Below the pieces are notes generated by a model. That model worked only from the letters and a program-made list of their open reading frames with translations. It searched no databases and had not been told where the DNA came from. From Tetramitus jugosus (lineage: Eukaryota; Protista; Heterolobosea): a DNA stretch of 64,000 bases. The stretch spans positions 310,001-374,000 of the forward strand of contig OW569344.1 in assembly GCA_937625935.1 (NCBI GenBank), read 5' to 3'. Below, in pieces: positions 63,256 to 64,000 of this stretch. A program made the translations under genes and the position numbers. Position 1 is the stretch's first letter; every line of letters starts with the position of its first letter.

Positions 63256-64000
63256 ATGATGCTCAAGGGTTTGAAACAGGCGAATAAGTCTTCTTCTCAT
63301 GTACCATCCTCATCCATTATTAAACATTGGGTGATGATAAACTCTTCGCCACCATCATCTCTATCCACTCAATCCTTGTTGATCAACCATCAGAATAGCA
63401 ATGCTTCTCTTATCTCACAACAACAACAACGTTCATTGTCATGCTATCAGAATTTCATGTCGCCATCATTATCATTTTCATTATCCCATCGATCACCCAC
63501 GTCATCACTACTGTTGCAATCTACTCCAACAACAACAAGACAACAACAACAACAATGCTATCATACCATATCACACTCAACAACAACAACAAGTATGAAT
63601 CATCAGATGAGTAATGAGAATAAAAGCAACCACAACCACAACCACAACAACAATAGTAACAATCATCATCTACTAGAAGAAGAAGATGCAGAAGACATGG
63701 AAGAAGAAGAATACATACTCAATGATCAATTGATACAATCCATGCATGACTTGAGCATTCATTTCAAATCATTTACACAATCAATTGATGAATTCATGAG
63801 AAACAAGTGGTATCACAAATGCATTCCACTTCTTCATCAAATGAATAGTGTATTGAATGATCTCATGCATCAAGAGGCATCACTCATGATGATGAATGAT
63901 AAGGATACACATAATGATAATGATGATGATGATGTTGATGATAACAAGGGTACACATGATGTGGAAATGTTGCTGAATCACACAGCAGCAACAACAACAA
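63256..64000 (+). CDS. Uncharacterised protein, 5' part (runs off window), presequence-like N-terminus
   Basis: Frame open from ATG 63256 (MMLKGLKQANKSSSH...) to the window end. Missing from the ORF track because there is no stop in the window. Confidence 0.7.
   Translation, partial: MMLKGLKQANKSSSHVPSSSIIKHWVMINSSPPSSLSTQSLLINHQNSNASLISQQQQRSLSCYQNFMSPSLSFSLSHRSPTSSLLLQSTPTTTRQQQQQCYHTISHSTTTTSMNHQMSNENKSNHNHNHNNNSNNHHLLEEEDAEDMEEEEYILNDQLIQSMHDLSIHFKSFTQSIDEFMRNKWYHKCIPLLHQMNSVLNDLMHQEASLMMMNDKDTHNDNDDDDVDDNKGTHDVEMLLNHTAATTT

Noticed and set aside
320-63598. Numerous short antisense or alternate-frame ORFs in the track (poly-C/L/V/M/I peptides)
   Set aside because: They are shadows of real genes and triplet repeats, with no independent motifs.
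1-64000. Transposons, CRISPR arrays, rRNA, spliceosomal snRNAs, viral genes
   Set aside because: I recognised no transposase, RT or integrase motifs, terminal repeats, spacer arrays or snRNA signature sequences.

Overview
Gene-dense nuclear DNA from a microbial eukaryote. It has short GT-AG spliceosomal introns (about 40-150 nt), tiny intergenic gaps and many CAA/TAG/GAT microsatellites encoding poly-Q/N/T/S. A free-living protist such as a heterolobosean is my inference; I cannot establish the taxon. About 35 protein genes are present, mostly conserved housekeeping genes: HOP1, WDR18, QDPR, DRG1, ATG6, PRP4K, COG1, DNAAF6, MetRS, MnmA, eIF4E, SMC5, PLRG1, ELL, SPT20, PTC7, an atypical Hsp70, a Rac/Rho GTPase, GPATCH1, SSU72, a SelM-like protein, NOB1, NAA35, DDRGK1 and RidA. 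There is one tRNA-Gly(UCC). Two H/ACA snoRNAs found by eye have guide pockets matching conserved rRNA pseudouridine sites, and both lie just downstream of a same-strand mRNA gene. The main non-housekeeping element is a head-to-head pair at 5-8 kb. It joins an intronless YopT/AvrPphB-type (C58) cysteine protease to a spliced gene encoding a putative degenerate ubiquitin-like domain fused to the uncharacterised 'KPVIY...VVEWGG' domain, which carries one frameshift. Other points of interest are a bacterial-type RsmJ methyltransferase and a HOP1 gene with a single in-frame TAG that only an unusual exon-like intron would remove. All family assignments come from recalled motifs, not database searches.
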